Of a stretch of 64,000 nucleotides of DNA, positions 1 through 9,993 are shown one piece after another (the first letter of the stretch is position 1; each line of letters starts with the position of its first letter). Under the pieces are notes generated by a model that did no database searches, was not told the origin of the DNA, and saw only the letters and a program-made list of their open reading frames with translations. Source of the stretch: Deltaproteobacteria bacterium (GTDB lineage: Bacteria; Desulfobacterota; JBBIRW01); contig JBBIRW010000005.1 in NCBI GenBank assembly GCA_037441565.1, positions 1,707-65,706 of the forward strand. Direction: 5' to 3'. Both the position numbers and the translations under genes were made by a program.

Positions 1-283
1 CACTGTAAACTGAACCTTAATGTCTTTTGACCAGGGTAAACCATCCAGCACATTCTCATCCCAGGGATTTTTTCCAGCAGAGATCATCTCCTTTATTGAT
101 GATAATATTTCCTTCTCTGAGAAGTGCTTATACCCATTAGAAATAATTTTTTCACTGTTTATTGTCTGTGGAGAAATTATCAGAAATAAACATGCGGATA
201 GAAATATTGTTAATTTTGTTATTTTTATTAGCAGGGATGATGATCTTCGGGGCCTCCTCTGGAATTCCCTCCAGTGACGAACC
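1..283 (-). CDS. Hypothetical secreted or membrane-anchored protein, partial (C-terminus lies beyond the left edge of the window)
   Basis: A minus-strand reading frame stays open to position 1. It starts MVRHWREFQRRPRRSSSLLIKITKLTIFLSACLFLIISPQ, a basic n-region followed by a hydrophobic stretch. It does not appear in the six-frame track because no stop lies inside the window. The listed plus ORF 20..277 is low-complexity and probably spurious. Confidence 0.3.
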
Positions 284-328
284 ATCGAATCTCAATTAAC
301 AGATTTCTCACTTAAAGTCAATAGTTTA

Positions 329-1147
329 TCAATATAAATTCAAAATTTCTTTGTAAAGGTCAACCCTCCTGTCTTTAAATATGTCATTCATTTCGGTGAT
401 AGATTTATCCATACTCAGGTTCAGATCCACATTCGCAACACACAGTGCATCTTCATCCTCCCCCAGAGAAGCAACAACCCTTCCCCATGGATCAACTATC
501 TGACTTCCTCCAGTAAATATGAGTCTTTTTCCTCCCCTCTCTTCAAAGCCTATCCTGTTTGCTGTTGCTGCAAAAATTCTGTTCTCAAGGCATCTTGTTA
601 GCATTGCCTTCTGGCAGTATGGGAGAACAAGATTTGATGGATGACAGACAATCTGTGCTTTTTTGAGTGAAAGGATTCTCATAACTTCAGGAAATATCCA
701 GTCAAAACATATCATTAGACCTATATTGCCAATATCCGTCTTAAAGACGGGGAAGCCCGTATTTCCCGGTTTAAAATAAAGCTTTTCCTCATAGAATAGA
801 TGCGCCTTCCTGTAATGACCTATATAGCCTGAAGGACCGATGAGAAATGCGGAATTGTAATATCCATCAGGAGCCTTCTCTGCAATCCCTCCAACAATAT
901 AAACCTTCTTCTCTGATGCAAGACTGGAGAGCATCTCGACTGTCCTTCCCTGTGGAATAGGTTCTGCAAGCTCTTCAATCTCCTCCTTAGATACAAATTG
1001 ATAACCCGTTGAGAAAAGCTCGGGAAGCACATAGAGATCTACATCTGCTCCTGAAATTTTCTCAACGACATGACGGAGATTCTCATCGACCTTTCCAAAT
1101 TTCGGAGCAAATTGTAAAAGCCCTATTCTCATGGATCCTCCCTTCAA
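329..1147 (-). CDS. Carbon-nitrogen hydrolase (nitrilase/amidase superfamily) protein
   Basis: 272 aa. N-terminal MRIGLLQFAPKFGKVDENL is typical of CN hydrolases. A catalytic Cys lies in the MICFD context. Confidence 0.75.
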   Translation of the reverse strand: MKGGSMRIGLLQFAPKFGKVDENLRHVVEKISGADVDLYVLPELFSTGYQFVSKEEIEELAEPIPQGRTVEMLSSLASEKKVYIVGGIAEKAPDGYYNSAFLIGPSGYIGHYRKAHLFYEEKLYFKPGNTGFPVFKTDIGNIGLMICFDWIFPEVMRILSLKKAQIVCHPSNLVLPYCQKAMLTRCLENRIFAATANRIGFEERGGKRLIFTGGSQIVDPWGRVVASLGEDEDALCVANVDLNLSMDKSITEMNDIFKDRRVDLYKEILNLY

Positions 1148-1150
1148 AAC

Positions 1151-2140
1151 CTATATCTTTTCCGCAAGGTGGCATGAAACAAAATGGCCTGGTTTTATTT
1201 CTCTCAATTCAGGAACCAATTCCTTACAGACATTTTCCACATAGGGGCATCTCGGGTGAAAGCTACATCCCGATGGTATGTTAATGGGACTTGGAACCTC
1301 CCCGCTTAAAATAATCCTCCTCCTCTTTGTTTGAGGGTCAACAACAGGAACTGCTGAAAGAAGTGCCCTTGTATAGGGATGGAGCGGGTTGGAGAATAAT
1401 TCATCTTTCTCCGCCCTTTCCACAATCTTTCCAAGATACATAACCACTATTTCGTCACAAACATATCTTACGATCCTTAAATCGTGAGAAATGAAAAGAT
1501 ATGTTAACTTGTATTCTTTCTGAAGCTCAATAAGAAGATTTAGAATCTGTGCCTGAATGGAAACATCAAGTGCGGAAACAGGCTCATCCGCAACTATAAA
1601 CTCAGGAACAGGAGCTATAGCCCTTGCAATGCCGATCCTCTGCCTCTGTCCACCACTGAATTCATGGGGATAGCGGTTGTAGTCAGAGCCCCTCAAACCC
1701 ACCCTTTCCATAATCTCAATGACCCTCTCTTTCAACTCCCTTCTCCTCACTATTCCATGTATCCTCAATGGCTCGGCAATTATATCGCCAACAGTCATTC
1801 TTGGATTCAGTGATGTAAAAGGGTCCTGGAATATAATCTGCATCCTTCTCCTTAGCTTCCTCATCTCCATCCGTGAAAGTGAAAAAATATCCACACCATT
1901 GAAAAGCACCTTTCCATCTGTGGGTTCTAACAGTCGGAGAATAACCCTGCCCAGTGTTGTCTTTCCGCTTCCAGACTCCCCTACAAGACCCACAGTCATC
2001 CCTTGCTCAATCTCAAAGCTCACATCATCAACAGCCCTGACCACGTCCTGTTTCCTGCTGAACAGTCCTTTCCTCAAAAAGAAATACTTTTTTACATTCC
2101 TCACCTCAACGATACTTTCGCCCATATAAATATACCTCAA
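1151..2140 (-). CDS. Oligopeptide/dipeptide ABC transporter ATP-binding protein (OppF/DppF type)
   Basis: Walker A GESGSGKTT, the LSGGQRQR signature, and the C-terminal oligopeptide-transporter extension (HPYTRALL, CxFxxRC). Confidence 0.85.
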   Translation of the reverse strand: MRYIYMGESIVEVRNVKKYFFLRKGLFSRKQDVVRAVDDVSFEIEQGMTVGLVGESGSGKTTLGRVILRLLEPTDGKVLFNGVDIFSLSRMEMRKLRRRMQIIFQDPFTSLNPRMTVGDIIAEPLRIHGIVRRRELKERVIEIMERVGLRGSDYNRYPHEFSGGQRQRIGIARAIAPVPEFIVADEPVSALDVSIQAQILNLLIELQKEYKLTYLFISHDLRIVRYVCDEIVVMYLGKIVERAEKDELFSNPLHPYTRALLSAVPVVDPQTKRRRIILSGEVPSPINIPSGCSFHPRCPYVENVCKELVPELREIKPGHFVSCHLAEKI

Positions 2141-2148
2141 GCGACCGT

Positions 2149-2709
2149 TCAGGAGGCCCTTTCGAGATATTCTCCTGTTCTTGTATCAACCTTTATAAGA
2201 TCACCTTCTTTAATAAAGAGGGGAACCTTTACTGTAAGCCCCGTCTCAAGGGTTGCAGGCTTCATTATATTGGTAATGCTGTCACCCCTGATTGCCGGTT
2301 CTGTGGAGATAACCTTGAGGATCACTGCTGCAGGCAATTCAATGCTCACAGGCTTACCCTCGAAAAAAAGGATCTTGTACTCCTCGTTCTCCTTTATATA
2401 GCCCTTTGCATCACCAAGATACTCCTCAGGGATTGTTATCTGCTCAAAGGTCTTACTATCCATAAAAGTGTATCCATCTTCATTTGAATACAGATACTGC
2501 ATAAACTTCTCTTCAAAGTCGGGTTCCTCAAATGTATCACCTGCAAAAAATGTTTTTTCAATTAATGCACCTGTTTTTATGTTCTTGAGTTTCGTTCTAA
2601 CAACAGCCTTCCTCTGGGCTGTCTTCGAATGCTGGAAATCAACAATATAGAATATTTCACCATCAACAGTAATTTTCATTCCTCTACGGAAATCGGATGT
2701 GCTTATCAT
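2149..2709 (-). CDS. efp: Elongation factor P
   Basis: 186 aa with the three-domain EF-P architecture. Conserved N-terminal SDFRRGMKI..DGE and C-terminal VKVPLFIKEGDLIKVDTRTGEY. Confidence 0.9.
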   Translation of the reverse strand: MISTSDFRRGMKITVDGEIFYIVDFQHSKTAQRKAVVRTKLKNIKTGALIEKTFFAGDTFEEPDFEEKFMQYLYSNEDGYTFMDSKTFEQITIPEEYLGDAKGYIKENEEYKILFFEGKPVSIELPAAVILKVISTEPAIRGDSITNIMKPATLETGLTVKVPLFIKEGDLIKVDTRTGEYLERAS

Positions 2710-2728
2710 AAGATCTTTCTCCTCCCTA

Positions 2729-2977
2729 TCAATTTAATTTATATTTCTCCGATATGACCCTTCTGAATCGGGAACCATAGATCAGATCAAAGGTATCTCC
2801 TTTTTCAGGAAATAGCTTGAGGGCCTCTCGCCTTACGCCTTCAACAATCCTGTATGCCTCTTCAATAGACAGATCACCCTGTCTTATAACATTTATTCCA
2901 ATCGCAACAAGCATACGAAGCCTCTTGAGCCTTTTCTCCTCCTCCCTTAATGCCTCGTTAAATTCGCCTTTTTCCAT
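2729..2977 (-). CDS. Hypothetical small protein
   Basis: 82-aa ORF immediately upstream of efp on the same strand. No recognisable motif. Confidence 0.35.
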   Translation of the reverse strand: MEKGEFNEALREEEKRLKRLRMLVAIGINVIRQGDLSIEEAYRIVEGVRREALKLFPEKGDTFDLIYGSRFRRVISEKYKLN

Positions 2978-3049
2978 ATAAAATTCCAGATTTGTAGATT
3001 ACCATAAAAATATACTCCATGTAAACCGATTGAAAAGCCAAAGCCTTTT

Positions 3050-3733
3050 TTGACTTTTCCGGCATATTTAATTAGACTTAATCAGAAAATGGGCAAATTT
3101 AAACATATCATTTTTGACCTTGACAATACCCTTTATCCAAGAGAAATAGGCCTGTTCAACTATGTAAATGAACGTATAAACAGATACCTTGTGGAATTCA
3201 TGCGCTTTCCTCCCGATCAAATTGAGGCGATCAGGAAGAATTACATAACAAATTACGGAACAACGCTACGGGGGTTAATTATTCATCATAATGTGGATAC
3301 TGATCATTACCTGCAGTATGTTCACGATATTCCCATATCAATTCTTATAAAAAGGGATTTGAAACTCCGAAGCTTCCTTAAAAATATTAATGTAAACAAG
3401 GTAATATTCACAAATGGCTCTGAGGATTACGCAAAAAAGGTTTTGAGGGCCCTCGGTGTTGAAAACTATTTTTCTCGCATCTTTGATATTCAGTTCTGTC
3501 AGTATAAACCCAAGCCCCATCCCGAATCCTATGAAAGGGTCCTCAGGGCATTAAATGCAGAGGGTGGGGAATGCATAATGGTTGATGATATGGAAGAAAA
3601 TCTTATTGTAGCCAGGGGCTTCGGTATGCTCACCATACTGATCGGCGATGGAAATTCAAATTCCTCACACTTCATAGTGGAAAGCCTGACCGAACTTGAC
3701 ATCCTTCTTGAAAACATTCTTAACCCGGAATAA
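3050..3733 (+). CDS. HAD-superfamily hydrolase (pyrimidine 5'-nucleotidase-like)
   Basis: Motif I IIFDLDNTLY, and the downstream motif III/IV region MVDDMEENL. Confidence 0.7.
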   Translation: MTFPAYLIRLNQKMGKFKHIIFDLDNTLYPREIGLFNYVNERINRYLVEFMRFPPDQIEAIRKNYITNYGTTLRGLIIHHNVDTDHYLQYVHDIPISILIKRDLKLRSFLKNINVNKVIFTNGSEDYAKKVLRALGVENYFSRIFDIQFCQYKPKPHPESYERVLRALNAEGGECIMVDDMEENLIVARGFGMLTILIGDGNSNSSHFIVESLTELDILLENILNPE

Positions 3734-3789
3734 AAAATAATTCCATTAACTATTTCGTCTAATCGGTGAAAAAAGAAAGGAGGGTTGAG

Positions 3790-4185
3790 ATGAAAAGGAT
3801 AATGATCTCCCTTTTAATTATAGTTTCGCTCTTAGCAGTCCAATCCCATCAGGCAGCAGCAGGACAGAAGGAGTGGGCTGTTGCAGGAAAAATCCTTACA
3901 GCAGTGATTGGTGGCATCCTTCTCCATCATATCATACATAAGGAGGCTGCAGAGGCCGCACCGGTATACCGATATGAGAAAGATCCACCCGCTGTTTACG
4001 AAGAAAGGACGGAGTACTATGTACCCGGCCATTATGAGGAAAGGTGGGTACCACCGCTTTACGTAAGAAAATATGATGAATTCGGAAATGTATACTATGA
4101 AAAGGTCAGAGAAGGTTATTACGCCAGGGTATGGGTACCGCCAAAGAGGATAGAAAAGAGGCGCATTACACAGTGGGATGATTGA
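3790..4185 (+). CDS. Secreted Tyr/Glu/Arg-rich repeat protein
   Basis: Strong SD AAGGAGG six nt upstream of the ATG at 3790, so the ATG at 3766 lies inside the SD. Signal peptide MKRIMISLLIIVSLLAVQSHQAAA. Repeated Y-x-E-(R/K) and WVPP motifs. Confidence 0.5.
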   Translation: MKRIMISLLIIVSLLAVQSHQAAAGQKEWAVAGKILTAVIGGILLHHIIHKEAAEAAPVYRYEKDPPAVYEERTEYYVPGHYEERWVPPLYVRKYDEFGNVYYEKVREGYYARVWVPPKRIEKRRITQWDD

Positions 4186-4189
4186 TAAA

Positions 4190-5140
4190 CTAACGGATAC
4201 GGATGGAATGGACTACCCCATCCGTATCCAACCTCACCTCGAGAACCAGGGCATTCCTTCCTTCATAATTTGAAAAACGCAGATCGAAAAATTCAATGAT
4301 TCGCGCATTGTCTTTTTCGAATGAATGAACTGCCGGATATTTTGCAAATTCAAAGAATGCCTTTACTTCATCATACCCCATTAAATCCTGCGGGATGGAA
4401 TCCATTCTAATTCCAGGCACCTTCCTTATGAGAAAGGACCTCTCAGTAAAAGATGCAGGCTCCATAAGATAATAAGAACTGCCTGATCTGGCAACAGCCT
4501 TCCATTTCAGAGGCCAGAAGAGCGATGGAAAAACCGATAGATCTTCCACTTTTACATTCCTCCTCTGCATCTCGGCTCTGGCCATCTCTATAGTGCTTTC
4601 ATGCATAAAGAAACAGAGGGATATATAGGCAATCACATAGAAAAGTAATCCTGATGCTATGAGGAAGCCCTGCCTGCTGAACCTTCTTATAAGAAGTATT
4701 GCAACGATCCCACCGGCTGTGAGTATCGGATCAAAGACAAAGATCAGATCAAGTGCATATCTCTTGTTACTCAAAGGGGCAAAAATCTGTGTTCCATAGG
4801 ATGTGAGTATATCAAAACAGATGTGGGAAATTATACCAGCAAGAGAGGTTAAATAGATCATGGAGAAATTTTTAAATTTGCTAAGTAAATATATAACAAT
4901 ACTCACAAAAAGGGATATAAAAGGTGCTGCAATGAATGAATGTGTAACCCATCTGTGGTATCTTAAAAAGTGATCCGGTCCCAGGAGCCAGAAAAGAAGA
5001 TCAATATCAGGCAGACATGAAGAGAGAATCAGCGTAAACATTAGTATTTTTCCACCCCTCTGGAAAAAACCCAAACGCGAAAAACTTACAGAAAGGAGTG
5101 CATGGGTAGTTGTATCCATATCAGCATAAATTATATACAA
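4190..5140 (-). CDS. Membrane-bound metal-dependent hydrolase-like protein (YdjM/DUF457-like) with C-terminal soluble domain
   Basis: The N-terminal half has multiple TM helices rich in His/Asp. The C-terminal roughly 130 aa are soluble. Confidence 0.45.
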   Translation of the reverse strand: MYIIYADMDTTTHALLSVSFSRLGFFQRGGKILMFTLILSSCLPDIDLLFWLLGPDHFLRYHRWVTHSFIAAPFISLFVSIVIYLLSKFKNFSMIYLTSLAGIISHICFDILTSYGTQIFAPLSNKRYALDLIFVFDPILTAGGIVAILLIRRFSRQGFLIASGLLFYVIAYISLCFFMHESTIEMARAEMQRRNVKVEDLSVFPSLFWPLKWKAVARSGSSYYLMEPASFTERSFLIRKVPGIRMDSIPQDLMGYDEVKAFFEFAKYPAVHSFEKDNARIIEFFDLRFSNYEGRNALVLEVRLDTDGVVHSIRIR

Positions 5141-5347
5141 ACAGACTGTTCAAAACATAGCTTGACTAAATCAAAAATGCTCCCTTCTTCAACCCGCATT
5201 TAAGACTGCCTATCACCCTTTTGCAGGCCCGATCTGGCCCATGCTTTTTGTAGCCATAGTATGCCGGGCTATATATGGATGGCATATCCTTATTATCCCC
5301 CCTGAGGTGGATACAAACAAAATGATCAATGAGACCCTGAATTCCCT

Positions 5348-5986
5348 TTATCCAGTGCCACTGAATGAATCTATGACAATAACTCTTAATATCTCAAATA
5401 CCTTTCTAAAATCTTCACTCTTTTTTAAAAAGATTATAAGCACAATATGGGGGCTCTTTTTTCTTATTGATACCCTCTGAACATCGAGTCCACTGGTTTT
5501 GATTTCATCGAATAATGCCCAATCTTTGTTATTAATTGACCCCCCATGGGCAATTGACCATTTTCCGAGATCCTTAAATTCATTCCGCCCCATCTGCCGA
5601 AGCTCTCGAATGATCCGCTTTTCAAAGGCTGTTTTCTTTAACCAGAATTCCACTTCCCTCTCCGGTTCACTGACAAGATCAGCCTTAATTACAAGGACAT
5701 CCCTTCTATTCATAATATGCTGTATTATCCATATAAAAGGAAACTCCCGCGTTTGAAGAAGAAGAAGTATGCCAAAACTTCTTAAAGGATGGAAAGGTTT
5801 ATGGACCTGGATCTGAAATCCAGAGCTTCCTATCCACTGAATCGTTGCATCCTCACCGATCATACTTATTTTTTCACGGATCCTTTTTAGAAAATGGATC
5901 CCCTTTCTCCTGTTTACCTGACCCCCCACAAAATACCAGGCGATGAGAAAAATGCAGAGGAAAGCGATCGTATTTATTAGATTCAA
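5348..5986 (-). CDS. Hypothetical membrane-anchored protein
   Basis: 212 aa with an N-terminal TM helix (INTIAFLCIFLIAWYFVGG). No recognisable catalytic motif. Confidence 0.4.
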   Translation of the reverse strand: MNLINTIAFLCIFLIAWYFVGGQVNRRKGIHFLKRIREKISMIGEDATIQWIGSSGFQIQVHKPFHPLRSFGILLLLQTREFPFIWIIQHIMNRRDVLVIKADLVSEPEREVEFWLKKTAFEKRIIRELRQMGRNEFKDLGKWSIAHGGSINNKDWALFDEIKTSGLDVQRVSIRKKSPHIVLIIFLKKSEDFRKVFEILRVIVIDSFSGTG

Positions 5987-6114
5987 ACCTGTTCCTCTTT
6001 TTCTTATGAAGTTAAAATTCAGTGTAAATCCGGTGCAGCATCGATGAAGTTTTAATCTCGCTGACTCAGGCGATCAACCGTTATTGAGCCCCTTGACAGC
6101 CCTGGAAAAATAAA

Positions 6115-6147
6115 AGGCGGGAAGGTGATCCACCTTCCCGCCCTATG
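6115..6147 (-). terminator. Rho-independent terminator downstream of the MFS transporter gene
   Basis: Perfect 12-bp stem GGCGGGAAGGTG/CACCTTCCCGCC with a 3-nt loop. On the minus strand it is followed by TTTTTATTTTT. Confidence 0.55.
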
Positions 6148-6165
6148 AGCTAATCTCAGACCCCT

Positions 6166-7401
6166 TTATTTCACTTCCTCCCTGATCGTGGGCTTCTTGC
6201 AGATAAGCACTGCAATAATGCCGAGAACAGCCATCAGTGAAAGTATCCAGAAGGCAGGCAGGAAGCTTCCATATGCAGCCCTTATCCTCGCACCGATCAT
6301 GGGCCCAAGTATACCGCCAACGCCCCATGATGTAAATATGATCGCATAATTCATTCCAACGTTCTTTGTTCCGTAGTAGTCAGCTGTGAATGCAGGCATA
6401 ACCGCAAACTCACCGCCATATGAGAATCCCACCATCGATATACCGATTGTGTACATAGTAAGTGTTGTAGCATTTCTGAGAACCACAAGCAGCCCAACAA
6501 TATAGATAATGAACGCCAATACTGCAGACCAGTTTCTACCAATCTTATCAGAAAGCGCTCCAAATGCAGGCCTTCCGAGACCATTGAAGATGGCCATTGT
6601 TCCAAGTGCACCAGCAGCCTGCGCGGGTGTTAGTCCTGCAAGCTCCTGACCCATTGGAACAGCCTGTGATATAGCCATCAGTCCTATACTCCCCCACATG
6701 AGCATGGTAAACCAGAGAAGGTATGTCTGGGGGTATGTCATGATCTCTGATGGTGGTACATCGATCCTCGTGGGTGCCTTAACTCCTGGAGGTGGAGCAG
6801 GTGGCTCCCATCCAGCAGGTCTCCATCCAACGGGTGGGTTCTTGAATGTTGCACCACTCAATACACAGATGATTCCGAATACAATGCCAAATACTGCAAA
6901 TGTCCCATAAACACCTATCTGCGTATTAAGGTATGTTCCAAGGGGTGCACCAATCATGGACCCCGCACCGAATCCCAGCACTGCAATGCCCGTCATTGCC
7001 CCTCTGTAGTCAGGGAACCATTTAATGAGAAGGGCAATAGGTGTCACGTAGCAGAATCCAACACCTGCACCTGCTATAACGCCGTATGCGAAATAAAGCC
7101 CCATCAATGAGGTACCTATCGCGCTTGCAAGTAAGAATCCAATACCAAGGAGCACTCCCCCTGTCATTGCAACAATCCTGGGGCCCGCCTTATCCTGCCA
7201 GCGTCCGGCAAATATCATTGCAAGGGCAAATACTGCTATTGAAATGGTAAAGGGCATGGTCGCCTCTGTAATCGACCAGCCGTGCATCTTCATAAGAGGG
7301 GTTCTGAATATGCTCCAGGTATAGAGATTACCAAGACATAATTGCATTAAAATGGCGGGAATGACAAACAACCATCGATTTGGTACTCTTTCCTCCTGCA
7401 T
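6166..7401 (-). CDS. MFS transporter, oxalate/formate antiporter (OFA) family-like
   Basis: 411 aa, 12 predicted TM helices. MFS signature loops (GRWQDKAGPR) and a central proline-rich loop. Confidence 0.75.
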   Translation of the reverse strand: MQEERVPNRWLFVIPAILMQLCLGNLYTWSIFRTPLMKMHGWSITEATMPFTISIAVFALAMIFAGRWQDKAGPRIVAMTGGVLLGIGFLLASAIGTSLMGLYFAYGVIAGAGVGFCYVTPIALLIKWFPDYRGAMTGIAVLGFGAGSMIGAPLGTYLNTQIGVYGTFAVFGIVFGIICVLSGATFKNPPVGWRPAGWEPPAPPPGVKAPTRIDVPPSEIMTYPQTYLLWFTMLMWGSIGLMAISQAVPMGQELAGLTPAQAAGALGTMAIFNGLGRPAFGALSDKIGRNWSAVLAFIIYIVGLLVVLRNATTLTMYTIGISMVGFSYGGEFAVMPAFTADYYGTKNVGMNYAIIFTSWGVGGILGPMIGARIRAAYGSFLPAFWILSLMAVLGIIAVLICKKPTIREEVK

Positions 7402-7680
7402 ATTTACCTCCTTTTCTTTTTAATTAGCCCTTTAAAATCATTATTCCCTCTCCCCAATGATCACCCCCTTTCTTTCCTGACTATCCTTTCTTCAGCACCA
7501 ATTTTGACTATCTATTTATCAGAAGCCTTATATTTATGTCAAGGAAATTTTTAATAAACCGTTTTATTTTTTTACCATTAGGAAAAAACTGGAACGTAAA
7601 GAAAGTCTTTGCAATGAAGGATAAAGATCATATATTTCCTTAATGTTTGACCTTCATGGTTTAAGATAATATACTTTTTT

Positions 7681-8277
7681 ATGTTTAATATGCAGGAAAA
7701 GATCATTCTCGTTGAAGACGATCAGTTCCTCCTTAAAATGTATAAATCTAAACTCGAGATGGAAGGATATGTTGTCATTACATGCACTAATGGTGCAGAG
7801 TGCCTTCAGATCTTATCCAGGGAAAAACCGCAGCTCATAATCACAGATCTCATTATGCCCGTTATGAATGGATTTCAGCTTCTCCAGACATTAAGACAGA
7901 ACCCGGAATTCTCACGGATCCCGGTTATTGTTCTATCCAGCCGCGGACTCCCACAAGAAATCGAAAAGGCTATCTCTCTTGGCGCAAAGGATTACATGGT
8001 AAAGACATCGATAACCATGAAGGAGATGGCACAGAAGATAAAGAAGGTTATTGAACAGAGTACTGCAGCCTCACCGCTTTATCACTATAAAATTGCGATA
8101 AAAGAAACACTCCTCGATGCACCAAAGCTTGCTACAGATTTTAATATGGATAGATTATTCCGCTGTCAGAAATGCGGTGGTCCCATCATCCTTGATCTGG
8201 TAAGGGATATTACGAGGGAGAAGGCGTGGTTTGTTGGACATTTTGTTTGTCAGAACTGCGGGTCATCCAGCAGTTAG
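7681..8277 (+). CDS. Single-domain response regulator (CheY-like receiver) with C-terminal Cys4 zinc-ribbon
   Basis: Receiver motifs (EDD, ITDLIMP, KDYMVK). The C-terminus carries CQKCGG...CQNCG. The true start is probably the MQEKIIL Met at 7690. Confidence 0.75.
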   Translation: MFNMQEKIILVEDDQFLLKMYKSKLEMEGYVVITCTNGAECLQILSREKPQLIITDLIMPVMNGFQLLQTLRQNPEFSRIPVIVLSSRGLPQEIEKAISLGAKDYMVKTSITMKEMAQKIKKVIEQSTAASPLYHYKIAIKETLLDAPKLATDFNMDRLFRCQKCGGPIILDLVRDITREKAWFVGHFVCQNCGSSSS

Positions 8278-8365
8278 TTTTCCTGAGCCTCACCTTTTAT
8301 TAATCCCATCTCTTCATCAACATCATCCAAGCCTGTTGCAAAAAGTATCTTTTTAAACAAAACTG

Positions 8366-9526
8366 TTAATCACCCCTTCCTGGCATTATAATAATTGAAC
8401 CTGCTAATGAAACAAAAGATGCAAATAGAAATGCGGGAAAATACCCACCCATTTCAATAATTTTTCCACCAACAAGTGAACTCATGGCAATCCCGGTATA
8501 GATTGCTGTGCTGAATCCACCCATTACAAAACCCCTTCCATTCTGCGGAGATTCCTCGGTAAGGAGTGAACCGATCGTAACAAAGCTCATTCCCATTGAA
8601 ATTCCAAGGATTGATGAGAGCAATATAAAGTTAATCACCGATTGTGAAAGAGCGATCAGCAGTGTTGAAACAGCACTTCCCAGCATGCCCAGCACTATAA
8701 AGGGTCTTCTCATCCCGCTCATATCCGAAAGTTTACCAACAGGAAGTCTTACAATCGTATTGAAAAAGGCCTGGAAAGCAAATATAACGCCGATTAAAAA
8801 TGTATTAATACCTTTCTCATGGGCAAAAAGTGGAAAAAAGGTAATTGATACACCCCATGTAAATGTCAAACATAGTGTCGCAATCCAGCATCTGTTTATA
8901 TTGCGTTCCCTGATAATCTCATAAATAACTGCACTATTGATGGAGACTCTCTCACCTGGATTTTTCACCTCCTTAAGTAATGTTACTGAGAGGATAAAAA
9001 TTGAAGCGATTATAGCTGCGGAAATAAAAAAGCTCATCTCAAGTGAGTATCTTGCAGCAATAAAACCCCCTATAGCAGGTCCCAGACTCATTCCCGCATA
9101 AAGGGATGTCGTATAATAGCCGTATGCCCTGCCAACATAGCCCGGATAAGATATATCACCGATATAAGACATAATGCTTGGTGTGAATGATGCTATGCCA
9201 ATACCCCCAAAAAGATAAAATAGCATTATCTGTAATGGCGTTTTGCAAAAAGGAACAATGAGCGATGTAAAGCCGCTTAAAAAAATCCCGGCAAGCATCA
9301 TCCTCCTCCTCCCCCATCTATCCGAACTAACACCCATAGGAAATGCAGTAATCGCAGCAGAAAGCATAAAGAGAAAGTTTATCAATCCAACCTGAGATGG
9401 TGAGGCATTTCTATATTTTGCATAAAGCGGTATAAGGGGGATCCTCATGTAGGCACCCACATAAAGAATAAAGGTAACAAGGCAGGCAATAAACAGTGAT
9501 CCTGGTGATATTTTCAAGTTAAACAT
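8366..9526 (-). CDS. MFS transporter
   Basis: 386 aa, 12 TM helices. Motif A-like GVSSDRWGRRRMM. Confidence 0.8.
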   Translation of the reverse strand: MFNLKISPGSLFIACLVTFILYVGAYMRIPLIPLYAKYRNASPSQVGLINFLFMLSAAITAFPMGVSSDRWGRRRMMLAGIFLSGFTSLIVPFCKTPLQIMLFYLFGGIGIASFTPSIMSYIGDISYPGYVGRAYGYYTTSLYAGMSLGPAIGGFIAARYSLEMSFFISAAIIASIFILSVTLLKEVKNPGERVSINSAVIYEIIRERNINRCWIATLCLTFTWGVSITFFPLFAHEKGINTFLIGVIFAFQAFFNTIVRLPVGKLSDMSGMRRPFIVLGMLGSAVSTLLIALSQSVINFILLSSILGISMGMSFVTIGSLLTEESPQNGRGFVMGGFSTAIYTGIAMSSLVGGKIIEMGGYFPAFLFASFVSLAGSIIIMPGRGD

Positions 9527-9528
9527 CC

Positions 9529-9936
9529 TCAGGCACTATAATAAGCAAGTATAGAATTGAACAGTGCAGGGTGGGGTCTTGCAAATGGCCTCTTCGACAT
9601 GATAAATTCAAGGGCCTCTTCAATACCAAATCCACATTCATAAAGATAACATATAGCAATTGCAGTTGAACGACTCACACCTGCATTGCAATGGATCAGC
9701 ACCTTTCCATCCCTTATCTTCCTCCTTATAAACTCAACAGCCTCATGAATATATGGGAATGGAATAGCAACGCCATCATCAAGAGGAACCTTTAAGTAGC
9801 ACAGATCCTCATGGGGGGTGTATTCCACCTCTTCTGCTGTGTTAAGAATCGCAATTATCCCTGCTCTCTTCAGATATTCAGCATCAAGAGCATCATATCT
9901 ATCCCCGAGTGCAAGCCTTTCAAGAATGAAGGTCAT
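9529..9936 (-). CDS. Dual-specificity (Tyr/Ser/Thr) protein phosphatase
   Basis: The CX5R P-loop HCNAGVSRS. Confidence 0.75.
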   Translation of the reverse strand: MTFILERLALGDRYDALDAEYLKRAGIIAILNTAEEVEYTPHEDLCYLKVPLDDGVAIPFPYIHEAVEFIRRKIRDGKVLIHCNAGVSRSTAIAICYLYECGFGIEEALEFIMSKRPFARPHPALFNSILAYYSA

Positions 9937-9993
9937 GGAAGCGCACCCCCTTTATTCGTAATAATAACTATATTTTTTGAATGGAGTGGACCC

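Noticed and set aside
20-277. Plus-strand 85-aa ORF at the left edge
   Set aside because: Low-complexity, with no SD. The opposite strand carries a better open frame with a signal-peptide-like start running off the window.
820-1032. Numerous 60-140 aa ORFs embedded antisense or out of frame within larger genes (e.g. 820..1032, 1719..2129, 10856..11440, 30876..31418, 37554..38015, 38375..38689, 40280..40495, 53304..53600)
   Set aside because: They lie entirely inside longer ORFs with strong family-level motifs. They have Ser/Leu/Pro-rich low-complexity translations typical of antisense frames, and no independent start signals.
5241-5480. 79-aa plus ORF in the 5141..5347 intergenic region, overlapping the 5348..5986 gene
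   Set aside because: It overlaps a better minus-strand ORF and has a hydrophobic low-complexity translation.
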